Source: Vitrella brassicaformis CCMP3155 (lineage: Eukaryota > Protista > Chromerida). Taken from it: a stretch of 64,000 bases of DNA. How positions within the stretch are numbered: the first letter of the stretch is position 1; each line of letters starts with the position of its first letter. The notes below the pieces were generated by a model. The model was not told the DNA's origin and did not search any database. It saw only the letters and a program-made list of their open reading frames with translations. The DNA lies in the NCBI GenBank assembly GCA_001179505.1, contig CDMY01000423.1:1-64000 (forward strand), given 5' to 3'. Below are positions 48,501-63,500 of this stretch, one piece after another. The translations under genes and the position numbers were made by a program.

Positions 48501-51500
48501 TCTGTGCGGGGTCCTGTTGAGACGAGACGAGACATGAACGCACGCAGATACCCTTTGGCTGGCTGGGACATCGCTGACATATCTTCCCTCTTGCCTGTAT
48601 TCGGTGGATCCACTTCTCCATCTGGCTTCGCCCTGTTGGCGCCAGGTGTAGATTTTGGAGAATCACCCACGGCCCCTCGCCGCGCCCTCTCTGCCTCTTG
48701 TCCGCCCCGTCGTCTTTCCTCTTGGGATCAACAAAGCCGGCGAGCACCTTGTCCACTTTCCCTTCCTGCCCTGGCCCCATGGACAGGATCACGAGCTCCA
48801 ACCCTTTCCGTAGTGGCTCGGCTTGGTCAGTTGCACGAGCGGCACTTGTAGGCACGGCCCATAGAGGCTCATCGGCAGATGGATGCTCGTCCGCCTGAGG
48901 GTGGGACGACGCAGAGACGTCTGCTTTATCCTCCGCGGGCTGCGATGAAGGGAAGAGCTTCTCGGCAAGAGCAAGAAGGGCCTAATGAGAGACAGAGGCC
49001 GGTCACAACCTCTTGCAACGGGCTTGTGTGTTTCCCTGACCTCTGTTGGGTCAGCTCCAGGGCCAAAGACAAGCAGAAGGGGCTCTCTCGATGTGGCCTC
49101 GCCCACCATCTGCTCCAACTGAGCCGTCACGGACTCGTGTCTCCTGCCATTGCCGGCTTCTGTCCCCTTCGCTTTCTCTCCCTCTTCACTTTGTTCCTTG
49201 CCGTCGTCTCCTCCGTCCATGGCCATGAGCGACGGAAAAGCACGATCGAGGAAGCAGTGCACGGCACCGTGGAGCTTCGCGGGGAACAGGAGCGCATACA
49301 GAAATAGCTGCTCGAAGAGTGCCGACACATGCGCTGGCGAGATCTCAGTGGCTGCATCAGGTGGGAAGGGTGAGGTGGTGGGCAGCACCAGGCCCACTGC
49401 CTGACAAATACGGCCGATCTGCTCGAAGGGATCAGTGGTCGATGTGGGGGATGAAGGCTCGCCTCGTTGCTGCTGCTGTTGCTGCCAGGGAGAGAGAGGC
49501 TCGGTCACTGCTGTCATTTCCAACAGCTTCAGCGCACGCTGGTCCTCCTGTACCCATCATGAGACCACCCAAGAAAAGAGTCTGCCTCTCTTTGTCTCCT
49601 TTTTCGATCTCTTGCCTTTGTAAGTGCATCCTTCCATCGATTGGTGTTGAATATCACGTGCAGCGGCACATCCCTCAGCCAGCCGTTGGAAAAGAAAGTG
49701 GGCAGCAAAGTGACCGCCTTCCACTGCACATACGGGAAAATGGACGGATCCGGTGACTCGTCGGGCAGCTCGATGGCTGGGGGAGGGGCGTTGCGGAGGA
49801 ACGGTGACAGAGACGGCTTGGCACCGTGAGCTGACGTCCGCTGCTCTGTAATCTGCTGTGCCACCTGCAGACACACAGACAGAGTGGAGAGAGAGGGCGG
49901 GAAGTTCATTCCATTGATCGAGACTCACATACATCAATGAAGAAGCGCCATTGCGCGTTGGTCATGGTGTAGTTGCGCCGATCTGCTGGTGAGGCTGCTT
50001 TCTGCTCCTGGCCGTACACATGTGCACACAGCAGGAGGGAGAAGGGCAGCCGGTGACGCTCAAACAAACCCCTACATGAGTCAGTCAAAAAGGAGAATGC
50101 AATGCATGTAGACCCCGCTGCTTCCATCTGTTTGTGTATATATACGGACCTGCATACGTGCTGATAAATGCTCCGAGTGACCTCCCCTTTCGCCTCCATC
50201 AGTCGCACCTCCTGCGGCGTGCCCTCTTGCCTTCTCTCCTTCACATGGCGGATGGTCTCGGCAAACAGTTTCGTGACGGCTGCCAGCGAGAAGCGATACA
50301 TGTGGTCGAGCCGAGGCAGGAGGCTCACGACGTGGTAGAGAGTGGCGCCCCGCTCAGCCAGGGGGATGAACGGTCTGCGGCTTAGTGTCAGCTCTTCCGA
50401 GAGCTTCTGTGTCTCCTCCAGCCGCTGTCTGAGGGACAGATGGGTGGCTTGGGCGTTGGCCATTACCCCGATCACCTCCTGACCCATTCAGGCAGACAGG
50501 AACAGAAAGACATGAGGCTGGGTGTGAGGCGTGGGGTCATGGGTGTGTGTGACCTCATCATCGAGTATGTTCCCCTCCCTTTCGTCCGACATCACGTCAA
50601 GCGTCACGTGCTCGAGGCGCTTCAACTCGCTGTTGGCAGAATGGAGCTCTAGGGCCACCGTCAGGCGTCGCGACTCCATCTGCACCAATGCGCGAATTTA
50701 TAGCTCAGTCACGCACTGCCAAATGACAGGCAGCAAGCTGTACCTGTGGTGCCTCGCAACGGACCACCTCCGTCAGCAGCTGTTCTAGTAGACTTTCGTG
50801 AGTCACACTGAAGTTGATGACTGTGACCCGCGTCTGAATCTGAATGCACATCACATCGTGCGCCGCGTGCAGCGATTTGACTGCCTGCCACATCCATCGG
50901 TGCATTCCTTTCCTACCTCTGGCCGGAAGTCAGGCGTCGCCTGTGAACACCGCAGTGCGAGGGCGAATCCAGAGCTCACTCCCACCTCCTGACCGCCCAG
51001 CCGCACTGACCTATACGTCGTCGAGCGCTCCTTGCCCGATTCCTTCACAAATTGCAACAGGCACCAGTGTGAAATGTGAGAAGTTTCTGACTGCTCTGCA
51101 CCTCTTTCGCAGTAGGTCGGTGGTTTGTATTGCAGAGGTTGAGCAGTGGGTAAATGAGTGGCGGGAGGGGGTCTTCGCAGTCGTCCACTAGCAGGGGCCG
51201 GCCCTCAGAAAGAGCTCGCGTGATTGCCGCCTTGATATCTGCTGCCCTGGCCTTCACGCTGATGGGCCTGGCTCCATCCCTCGAGCGATACCATGACTGA
51301 CCCTGACCCTGCGCAACGAAGCAACAGGAAGCAAGTGCAGTGCGTCTCATTTTGGGCGAGCTCACCCACCTGTGGGTCGATGAGGAGTGGCCATCGTCTG
51401 CACTGTGTGGCAATGACGCTGTTCGTCAGACTGGCGGCGTCGCTGGGCAGCCCCTGCAGCTGCCACTGACACACCTGTGCATACTCGGCTGGCGAGAGGG

Positions 51501-54500
51501 ACCGGCGAATCGTCCAGTTGGACGCTGCCCGGACGTGGTGGGTCCGGAGGATCTGCAGCCACTCGGTGGTGAGGCGGTCTCTCATTTCTTGTGGAAAGGG
51601 GCCACTGGAACAATCAGGGAGAGACAGACGCACAACAACATGAGAGTAGATATATCCTTGTGCTCACACTCACATATATACCAGTATGTGAGGGTGGCCG
51701 TGGCTGCGATTGTGTCTCCGAGTAGCGTGTCCACCTGTGTGTTGAGGTCGCGGAGCTCATCTGTCCACCGCACGGCCTCGTCAGACAGCACTTCGGTCAA
51801 CTCCTGTGTGCCACACACAACGAGACGTTACTACTTGGCACCAACACGCCCGTCTTCCCCTACCCCTCTCACCCACCTGTCCCCTCTTTAGTCTCCTTTC
51901 CGCAATCTGTTTCTCTTCCCGTAGCCGCTCGAGGTCTGATTGCGTCTCGTCGTAGAGTGCCTCGAGCCCCCCCAGCCGCTCGGTCATCTCCGACAGCTCT
52001 GACTGCTTCTTCTCCAGGGCATCCTGCGCCTCATGGAGGCGCGCCTTCTGCTCCTCCAACCGCTGACGCTTCGGCTGCACCTGCACAAGGATGCCAGTCG
52101 GGGGCCAAAGTGCGGTGTGTGGAAGTCGGGGGCCCGTCGCTCGGTTGTTTGTCTGCACTCACTCTTTTGAGGACGTGTGCATAATGGTGGATTGCCCTGC
52201 ACCAGAGACATAAGGACTTGGCGGCTTGCGACTGACGCTCCACTGCTTGCGGGTCAAACTGATGCGCATGACCCAAGGCAGAGAATGCACATGCGTATGG
52301 CTTCACAGTTCAGTCCGTGGCAATCGACCTGCGGGTCGTCCAAGTAGGTCTGCAGCTTTTGAAGCAACCTCTCCGGCACGTGATCTTTGTCATAGCTGGA
52401 CACACGCAACAAACGACGCGAAAGAGACGGAATCGCCTCGTCTAGATAGATTGTGTGTCACTCACTCGAAGATTCTGCGGACGAAGTTGACGTCTCCCAT
52501 GATCTGTCGTGCAGTTGACCAGTCTTCTTTGTAGCCCAAAAGCATGCACACGCACTCGACCACAAGGCGCACAGTCGACGGCGGGTTCTGGAAGCTCTTG
52601 AGCTCCTGGATGTCCTTGCGGTCTAAACGATCCACTGCTCGCTCGGCGCTGACGTAGAGACAGACAGACAGCAGGAGAGACAGACACATGCAGCGAGTGC
52701 TCGTGTCGTCCTTCTTCCGTACCGTTCGTAGTCTCCCATGATTTCGTCGAGGTCGCTTTGTGCATCGTCTGTAATGACCCGCACTTGCTCGGCATAAAGC
52801 TGCACGTCCTTAGCCTCTTGCTCAACCACACCACGCAAACGACTCAACGCAGCGCGATTCTGGATAGGTGAGACACAACAAACGATGAGTGAGAGATGTG
52901 GAAACCACCCATCAAAGACACGCACCTCGTCCATTTTCTTCAGCAGCTTTGCGGTGTCGTCTTTCTTCGCGTCGAGTGATGGCTGCAGCGCCTCGAGCCG
53001 CCCCGAGAGGCTGAGGACCCCTTCACGCCCTGTCCGCAGCTGCTTGAGGCCCTGCTGCAGCATGCCCTTGCGGGACGCTATGAGGTCGTGGCGAGACATG
53101 AACAGGTCTGCCAACAGCACACATGGGAGTACGGCTGGAAGATCCATGCATCTGTACATGCACGACTGGCTGACCATGAAACGTCGCGAGTGTGTCGAGG
53201 AAGTCTTTCGCCGTCACACACCAATGATGCCCAGCAGAGGCGGCGTCGCCCTCGCGATCTTTCCCTCCATCATGATGGGGCGAAGTCTTGTCCACTACTG
53301 AGCCGTGTGTAGCCACCAAGGCACGAGCCACATGGCCACGCCAGCCCTCCTGAACAGACAAAGGGGATACTATGATCCGTGGCAAAGTACGAGAATCCCC
53401 GTTTGTCGGTCACCTGTAAGACAGCCACGGCGTCAGTAGGCATTTTGAAGTTTGCGAGTCGGGCGGACGCGACGTGGTGGAAGTCAAAGTGGGTCCAAGG
53501 GTCCAACCATGCTTTGTGGCAGTGAGACAGAAGGGGCGGAAAGTGCAGGCACTGCTGACGCAGGGAGGGGTGCGTCGGAGACATGCAGATGAAAAGGTGC
53601 AGGCGTCTCTTCACTCTGAATCCGACACACAGCAGTTTCTGCGTGCGAAGGCAATGCACTACTTCTCACCGTTGGTTGAAGAGCTTCATGCGTCCGTGGA
53701 CGTCTTCGTATTCGTCCAGCACCTTCTCCGGCACATTCTCATGAAGCGACTGCACGATCGAATGCACATCGTCCTGCACACAACACAACACAACACAACG
53801 CAACACAGAACAACACATACAGGGAGAGAAGCAGAATGCACCCTCTGCTAACACCTGCAGCTCCCTCCCTCACTCCCCATCCCCTACCTGCGTCCACAGG
53901 TCCACCATGCCCGTGCCTGCCAGCAGTCGGCTCACGTCTTCCCACACCATTTCCTGCTCCCCATCACCCAGATTCACCATGTGGCCATCACTCACCAGCA
54001 GCACACTCTCACACCCCTCAACCCCCGCACACTTGAGCGCCCGCCTCTCGACGTCGCGCCATGGGTCAACGCCCAGCATGACGTTGCCCTCAGGCTCGAA
54101 GAGCTTGGCCCTCAAGATGAATGCTGCCAGTCGGCAGAGGGACTTCTTGCCGTAGCCTGTGGGGCCCAGCAGCAGGGCGTGGCCTTGCGCGTGCGTGCCG
54201 ATGCGGATCAGACGTGTCAAATGGTCCAGAGCATTCGTGAAGAAGACCAGACTGCATGGATGAGGGCACGCAAGACAAACCAAACGTCTACACACGTGAA
54301 CGTGATATACTTTGCTGGCTCACCGCAACGGGTTGATCCTGCCCTGTGGCGAGAGGTTGTATTCCTCGAGGTAGTGCGCCACCGAGTTGACGACACTGGA
54401 GTGCGCCATCTCCTCATACACCCGTGCAGCCACCTCCGGCCGCAGGAATGACCCAAACCGTACCGCATGGCCCTCACCATCAGTCGGTGAGCCGTGTGAG

Positions 54501-57500
54501 GGCCGCCAGGGGGTCTGGAAGAGGCGCGCCAGGAGGGGAGTGAGAAGGTCGTCGAAGAGGGCTGTCTCCTCCTGGTGCATCAGGGGGTCCCTCAGGGTGC
54601 GGGTGGTTTCATGCGTCCACAGCCGGACAAGGGTGTCTTTGTTGGCCACAGTCTCTGGATGCGCCAACAGCAGACCCTGTGGGACGCAACAAGCCACCAG
54701 TGTGTGTATATCAGAAGTCGCTCAGCGTCACTCACGTCCATAACCCTTCTGACGTCCCTGAGAGAATACGTGTAGTGGAACTTGAGTGGCGTCGGCTTGA
54801 ACCTGTCCACGACCCCCTCGAACAGCACCGCTGTGGCCCTCACCAGAGTGGCCACCTGGGCCAGCACCGTGTTCATGAACGGCTGCTTCGGGTGCATCTT
54901 GTTGAAGAAATGCTGTAGCAGCGGCATGAAGATCTCTTGGACCTCATTCAGACCAGGCAGGGGCATGGACACCACCTGAGAAAGGGACATGCTCATGCAT
55001 CAGACAGAAGACGATGATATGTCTCTGTGCATGTGTGATGCCATCCGAACCTTGAAGTGTCTAAGGAGCCTATTTGGCACATAATGGGGGTGCTCGGACA
55101 TCCGCAGCGGGCCCTCACCCCCTAGAGCACGGGCAGTAGCCAGCACCGCCAGTCGCTCAATACGCTTCCACCCCCAAGTGCCGGCCGTCTCTGATTCACA
55201 GCGTCAAAGAGACACCATGTCATGTGGTGCACTGACGTCCCCCTCCCTTCCTACCGTTCCATGCGTACACGCCTCCCCCATCAACGATCTGTCGCAGGCC
55301 CTCGAGAGTCGGTTTGTATCCGAAGCGGTCTCTCTTGGGCAGGTTGACATCCTCAATCCATATGATCCCCTGCCGCTTGGACGCAGGCTTGAGCACATGA
55401 AAACCCTTCTTGCGCTGCACCGTCAGGCCGCCTTCCAGGGTCTTGACAAGGTGGGCCGGTGTGGACCCCCATGACATGATCGTGTCCATTGTCTGCCATG
55501 TATCGCCTCTCCTCCACTCACTCACAAGTTCACCCACAGTCCGCGTCTTGCCCGACGCCGCTCCCCCCACCAGGAGGGCGTGAGAACCCGCATCGCCCTG
55601 CTGGTCCAGGAAGTGCTTCAGCATGTGGGTGTAGCACACGGAAGTCGCGGTGGGCACCGTCACCTGCTCAAGGACACATGGAGTCTCGTGTAAAGTTTTT
55701 GCTCCCGTGTATCAGCCCTCACTTGCGTCAGCGCCTGTGCATTTGCCACGGCGGCCAGGTCTGGAGGCGATGCAAGGGCCAGCCACGGCACCACATAGCT
55801 CTCCGACTCCCAGCACACGCAGAAATCAAACACAGATCCGTAGGATGGCAACACACACCTGATCAACCAAGGAGTCACGGGGTCTTCTGCTGGACAATCG
55901 CCTCGTTCAGCCTTACTTTTCCACCTTGTCGACGCAGAGATCGTGAACTCGTTTCCTCAGACCACGCTTTGCGTCTAGCCCCCCGCCCAAGCTCCACGCG
56001 AGAGCCGTGGCGAATACGGTCGACAAGTATCGCACCTTGTCGAATGTGCCTACGCCCGGCCCGGCGCCCCATCTTTTGACGATGCGTTTGGGATCGGGAG
56101 GGTCGCTATGCGCGGCAGATTGCTGTTGCGGCAAGGTGGATGAATCGAAAATGGTGGATGAAGGGAAGGGATAGGGATCATTGGTTGGATCGGGTTTTAG
56201 CAGGGACTCCAGAAGACATAGGAGAGTGTCAAGCACCTGCAGACAATGATGTAATGATACGTCTTCCACACTGCATCGTGTTGAATCGTGTCTCCTGACT
56301 TGCATCTCGTTGCAGAGCACAGAGTGAGGGTGCAACTCTGTGCGCCAGAGGTCCAGTGCATGCGGCACCACGGCATACAGCAGCTGCGAAAACTTCTCGA
56401 TTATCTCGGGATCGATCCAGCTGCCCTCCTTCGGGGCACCACCATTGTTTGCTGCGGGTGGTCTGAGGAAGGTGTCGAGCCACGACTTGAGTCTGGGCCT
56501 CCAGAAGTCTGGATGTGCCGTGTGTGCGACGTAGACCATGCCGCACCGACTGACCGTCGCAGGCGATGCGTTCTCTAGCTCGTCCACCTGAGAAGGACAC
56601 GCGCACCTGTCTCTCGTGTGTGGTTCGCTTCCTTCGTTCGTACTTCAAAGAGAATGCCCATTGTCTTGGCACTGAGTTTGATGCGCTCAGAGTTCTCAAG
56701 GCAGAGGACCATGCTGTCATCGAGCACGGTGTTCATGTTCTCGATCCACAGAGGGTCCACCGGCCCATCAAACACCACCCACTTGACTGTCTCCGCCGGC
56801 ACACTGGCCGCCTTGTCCCTCTTGCCACCCCTGCCCGTGAGAGAGAGCGCCCCGCCCATGAAGGCTCTGTCCAGCGGCCGGCTGCCTGCTGCCGCCATCG
56901 CGCGGCATGCGAGGGGCACAATGCCGTCGCGCCATTCCAGGGACTTTGGCTCAAGACTGCCGAACATGTCCTGATCAATCATATTAATGACACATGGACA
57001 GGCGGAGGAGAGGTCTGCAGTGCGTTGCATCGCTCACTTGGATAAGGACGCTTTTTGGGTTGACCACCAGAGACTGCACCCCCCTCGCCACGTCGCTTTC
57101 TGCACTGCTGTCATCAGACCTCTGGTCTTTCTTCTGTGTCTCTGTGCCTGTCTTCCGCGTGGCATGTGTCGGTTGGGCGTGAGGGTCCTGCTGTGCGGCC
57201 AAATGATTTTGTGCGGCTGCTAGCACTCTCCACGTGGCCGATTTGCCGCCTCCTGCCGGCCCAATGAGCATGCACCCGAACCGCACACGGCAGGCTTGAG
57301 ACAGCTGCGTCAAATCAACGTATGATGGATAGCTGTGTTTCGTCAAGTCTCTCTGCTTTGATTGTTCTTCCACCTGTTCCACTTTGAGGACGGCCTCTTT
57401 TTCTGGCTGCAGTGCCAGTGCCTCGAACGCTTTGCCGATCGCGTGGCTCATCGCCTTGGGCACGACACTCCCACCGACACTCTCACTGCCGGTCGTGGCC

Positions 57501-60500
57501 TGAGTGTGTTTTAGGTGTGGGAAAGTGGCGCGGATGACGTCGTGGAATATGTGGACGTCCGTGTCGTGAAGCACGGGAAACACCACATCCTGACAGAATT
57601 ACGAGGAGACATGTATGTATGTGTTTGTGTCTTATCAGTGAGCGAGTGAGTGTCCCTGACCATGACGGCCCGCCAAATGAACGTTTCTTCCTCCTCATCT
57701 CTGGTGCCATCGCCGCCCTCACTGCTAGCCCCACCAATACTGCGGGCACTAAGAGGCGGCGAAGACCCAGACATACCCCCTACTCCTTTCACAGACCTGA
57801 ACACAACACACGGCGTAAACTTTCGCTTTCTGGCACGCTGAATGGATGCCCTGGCTTACCTTATCTTTCGTTTGTGCTCCCCAGCGCTCTTTAGTATTGC
57901 CTTGAGGGCTCTTAGTGACCAATCATAATGCTTTCGTCTGGGCAGCAGGTGCGCCAGAATGTCGACGCACGTCACCATGTGCTTGGAGAGGCCTGTAGCT
58001 GCCATGAATCCCTCCGAGAAGAGCAGCACCTCCACAATGAGGACCGAGTCAGGCTGCATCATGGCCATCGGACGCAACATCGCCTGGAAGGAAAGACGGC
58101 CACAGAGACACACAATGCTTTTTGGGAGAGATGTCCATCCAAGATTACTTTCAGGTTGTCTGGCAGCTCGGTTCTCCCCCCGTATGTGCCGCCATGAGCG
58201 GCGGGAGGATTCATGGTGACAGAAAGTCCAAAAGAGCCCCGCAGCTTTATCCGCTGGTCTTCAAAGTCACAATAACCAGCGCCAGACAGGAGGGCCTGAC
58301 GAATCTGCACCAGACCAAAATAGCAGCGCTTGTGGCACTTGTGTCTCAGGTGTGGCTACATGTCCTGACTCGATTGTCTGACCTTAAGCAGCTGCTGAGA
58401 CACGACGGACATCACCTCCACGTCAAGCCGATTGAACTCATCAAAGCAGCACCATGCACCCTCCTGGACGAGTCCATTGAGGAGTCTGCCGAGTGTGCGG
58501 TGATCGAGTCTGTCGGAGCAGTTGAAGACCAGACACGGCACACCCACTGCCTTGGCCAAATCCTTCACCGACTCGGTCTTACCTGCAGGCACATCACAAC
58601 CCATCAATCCCATCACTCGCACGCAACGCACGCCCCTCCCTCCCTCAGTCACCGGTGCCCGCAGGTCCCTTGACGCAAACACACAGGCACACACACAGAT
58701 TGATGCACGAGATGAAAGCAGAAGGAAAGGCAACAAGCAAATCCCCACCGTGAGGCACGCAGCGAGCTTCAGAGAGAACGCCTGTGTGATGGTGAGCCAG
58801 CAGCGATCCGTCAGGGGTGTGAGCACCAGCCGCGAGCACACCCCCATGTATTCGTATCCGTAGCAGATGCGGTGGTCGAGCTGCTCCACCACACACGTCG
58901 ACATGGCTATCGACGAGGCCGGCGTGCGGTGGTCGGGCGCGATGGAGAGGGAGACAGGGAGGGGCACTGGGTGGCTGTCGTCATGTGCTGGGGCTGGGGT
59001 TGGAGGCACAGACGGCAGCGCAGATGTCCAGTAGTACCGGAGACATTTGGTCCACTCAAAATCGCTCGCTGATGTCACCTGCACGAGCAATGTGTGTCTC
59101 GCTCTCGATCTCAGTCAGATGGATACATGTATTCACCTGTTTGGCGATGAGTGTCTGGGTGACATCACGATTGTGCACATCAGCAGTGATGAGAGCATAC
59201 ACCCGCAGCCGCTGCAGCATGGTCAGCGGCTCGTTGAGCAGCCGCACCAACGTCACGAGCGAGTCCTCACACTGCTTGAGCGCATTGTTGAGGCCCTCCA
59301 GCACCTCCTGCACGCTAGTGGTGGCCGACGGCTGGAACGTCAGCGCCCTCTCCACTGACTGGCACCACAGGATCTGGGATGCCACACTGATGACCTGTGC
59401 AGGTGCCTGATAGCTGAGCATCCACCCAGCTGCTGTCCTGTCAGGCTGCCCATAGCCGAATAGCGTCCTTTGCAGGGTCCGCTTGAGGCTCCTCACCATG
59501 TTGTCAGCAAGCGTCGTCAGCCACTCGTCCAGCACAAAGCGGAAGCGCACATGGATGATCGGCAGTGTCTCTCCCTCGCCAGATATGAAACCCAGTGTGT
59601 CAAAGAGAGTCGGGGAACGAATTTTGTCCTCCTCCGGGCCAAAATCCTGTCAATCACAGAGAAGGCATGTCTCTCTGTTTAGCGGCGAGTGCTTTGACTG
59701 TCAATAGCTGACCAGTCTATCGACGGCTGCGAACCATTTCTTGTGGTGCTGTTGGAGGCCTTTGGGATCACGTGATTTGGTGAGGATGTCCAGCAGCTCC
59801 TCGTTTGACAGGAAGTAGAAGCGGGGGAACGCCCTACGCTTCATCTCCACATAATCGTCCTGAATGTTCCCATATTCACTGGTGGCAACCGCGGACCATG
59901 CCTCGACTCGTGCGCAACTCCCTTACCAATTGCTTCTTGACGCCTTCGAAAGCTGTGATCATGCCCTCCAGCGCCTCACCTAGCCCCTGCTCCTCCAGTC
60001 GGTCCAGCACCAGGGGCACCAGCAGCGTCTCCTTCATGAGATTGCGCCACACGCCGTCATGGTGATTGAAGGTTTTCCCCTCCTGTATAAGCTGCCGCTG
60101 GATGTCGATAGCTGCCGCAAACAAGCCATCTAGAAAGCGCCAGAGTTTCTGGCAGTACAACCACTTGTCGATGAGGTCGTGCATGCGTGCGATGCGTGTC
60201 TGCCACAGAGCGAGGCGGTCTTGGAGGGCTTCCATGAAGCGTGACGACGCGACCGTGTTGATGAGGGTGAAGGACTCGTGGATACAAGAGATAATGTCGT
60301 CCATCGAGCCCAAGATGTAAGTCTCCTTGCCGGCACTCCTGCAGCCATCATGATGCACGTAGGCAAAGGGGATCGATCTGATTGTCTCCCCTGTCTGTGT
60401 GCACTCACTTATAATGTACAAGCGGCAGCTCTCGCCTCTCCCATATCCTTTCCACGCGGTCCAGAAGGTCTTCCAGTGAACTCTCCTGCGTCGCTCTATG

Positions 60501-63500
60501 GGCGATGCTCTGAGCGAGACAATGCAGCCAATGAAAGACATGATGATGCATTCAATCAGTGCTGTGTTGTGGCAGCCTCCGTACGATGATGGGTGCTGCA
60601 GCCTCCAGGAATCCACTCTCTACCATCTGCAGCACACTCATCAACGAGACACTGGAAGGCTCAAACCCTGTATACACATACACGAGTAGGGAATGACCAA
60701 CACGTCTCAAAGGGCATGTCCTCTGTCGTCCTACTCCACGTCTCACCGGTGCCAACATGCTGCTGAATTGCCTCCCAGTGTCGATCTGTGAGCGACCGAT
60801 TGCTCAGCGCGTCTATCAGCGGACAGCATGACTGCAACAAGCCGGAGCGGCTTTTGAGGGCAGCCACAGGTCCGCAGGGAGGCAGCTGTCTCTCAGCGTG
60901 TGAGCAGGCCAGCATGAGGGGGTGTAGGGCCTCTTGGAGCGCTGTAATGTCCACCTCGGTGAGCAGCACACACGACCACTTCTCTCTTATCAGGAGCCAG
61001 TCCGCCAATCCGGTCCACAGCTGAATGACAGGAAAGGAACGCTTGTTTGGGTGTATACAAGTCGTGTACACGTACACATATTAGTTGCGTCACGTTGTAC
61101 TTGCCTTCAGCTTAGTTGCGATGGTGTCTGCGAGAGGGGCGTGCTGAGTGATTGGGGTCACCTTTATGCGCAGGGCCTGCATAGAAGTGTGTCCGATCGA
61201 TCGATGCACTTCACTTAGACGAAGACAGGCGTGCACGTCTGGTGCCTACGTACCTCTTGGTAGCCTTGGTACTCGTGGCATTCCTGCTTGAGGGAGTCCA
61301 CCTGCTGCTTCATGTCCTCCAGCTCACGACTCTTCTCTGTGATGTCCCCTTCCTCAGTCGCATCCTCTTTCTCCAGATACTCTGACAGGTGCTGGGGCTC
61401 AGGCGCAATCTGATTCACGCCGAAACTGCCTGAGACATACCACACACACATACACACACACACATACACTCTACCATTGCTCGCTTTAGTGGCCTGTGTG
61501 TCACGTCACCATCAAGAGTCTGCAGGGTGAGATATCTGACGTCGCTAATCCGGCTTGCGATCGCGTCGAGCCTCTTGACCACTGTCGGCATGTACTCGCT
61601 AACGTCCTTGGCAAATCGGTGTGTGTTGCGGGCGACGCTGCTCCACACAAACATCATCGTGGTTCGCACAGCCCGAAGGCTTTCATACGCCGAGGTCACG
61701 CCAGCTCGGACGCTCTACAAAGCAACAACAGACAAAGTAAGTAAGCGGCGCTGATTTGGTTTGCTCACCGGTTCGACGAATATATTGTGTTCTTCCATGA
61801 CGGTGATGAGCGCATACGACTGGTTGAGCAGCGCCTGCATGTCATCGACCTGCATCTGTGCCGTCCCGAGGTACTCCATCTGCCGCACAAACGCACCCAC
61901 TGTGGACGGCGGAACCGACAGACACCCTTGGGTCGCGTCGCACCACTCCTGAATCCTATGCGTGTTCTTCCGAATGAGGTGAGGGAAGAGGCAGTGGACA
62001 CGCAGCAGCCGCGTGCACGGGGACGGGAGCAGCTGGAGCTTCATCTCGTGCAGCTCCAAGTTGATGGGGCCGATCTGCTGAGCCCAAGGGATCTTCCAGA
62101 ACTCAGTCACCTGTCCACCGAATATCTGCAGCCACGCCTTGAGACGGTGCTCGGGGTCTTCCAGCCAGGAGTCGCCATAGAGAATGGACGCCTCGTCTGC
62201 CTCAGCGGTGGCAGCATTGGCCCGACACGTGTCAACAAGGGACTCATACCATCTCAGAAACTGAGATATGGATGCGTATACCTGAGACACAGGGGGAAGG
62301 ATACACACGATACACCTACTGAGACACATACAAGAAAACATTTCCATCCATTCACCAGGCCTACCTCCGACGTGACGGTAGCAAGCGCCGCGACGTTTGA
62401 TGGGCATTGTGGGTGCAGCTCGAGCAGCGGTAGTACATCTATCATTGGCGGCTCCTGCGGGATGTCTAGTCCCCGGCCCACATGTTTGTCCCAGTCCTGC
62501 AGAAACTGATAAAATAGCTTCAGCTCTGGCAGCTGAGAAAAGCGGGGCACCACTTGCACGCACGCAACGCCCTCATCGACAGCTGACCACGGATAGGCAA
62601 GGAGAGAAACAGCATTCACTGGTGCACAGAGAGAGAGAGAGACGTGCCATCCGATTGTCTCACCTGTCATGAGGGCCACCACTAGCTCGTTTGAGGGAGG
62701 GTCGAGCTCAAGGGATGTCGGAGTTGGCGGCATCGGGTACCGAATGCTCAGCTCACTGGTTTCGCCGGTCGGCACATCCACTTTGTCTGCCTGATCATCC
62801 ATAGGCATCGCCCTCGGCCGTGCCGGGTCGGCGAATCCGGCCTTTTTGCGCACGTAACCCTCTCTCCTCTCCCACCCCTCCCCGCCCTCGGTGGCTGCAC
62901 GGACTGAATGGACAAGCAGAGAGACACGCAAGAAGAGGATCCCCCTTTTACTCTGATTTGTACCACGGACAGTGAATATTGGTGATGTCTCCGCTGCCTC
63001 CGACTCAGCTGATCTTGTCATCGCTATATGCGTCCTTCTTGACGTGTCTCTCTTGATCATCTTGCCCAGCACCTCAGCGCCCCTGCAAGATCCATGGACA
63101 AATGTCAAGTGATGGATAGCCCCTGTGCTGTCGCTTACGGAGACTCGATCTTCTGTTTTCTGTCGGTTTTCTGGTCAGCCCTTCCATACAAGTGGATGGT
63201 CTTGGGGCTAATGGTTGGCTTGTTCTGCTGGGGGCGGCTCTCAGGCAGGTTCATCAGGCGCCCCACCTGCTGCAGAATGGCCTTGATACCAATCGTATCG
63301 CTCTCCGGCTCAATGGGAGGAGAGGAAGGAAGGTCTGCAGAGAAATTCATGAACAGACATGTGATGGGTGGGGTCTCTCTCTGCACCTGGTGGGATGTCG
63401 AATACGGCTGCAAACTCCTCTACAGATTTGGCAACGAGATTGACGAGGGCTGCCGACACAAGGAACTCAATCAGGTATGCCACACGGATGTACTGCACCG

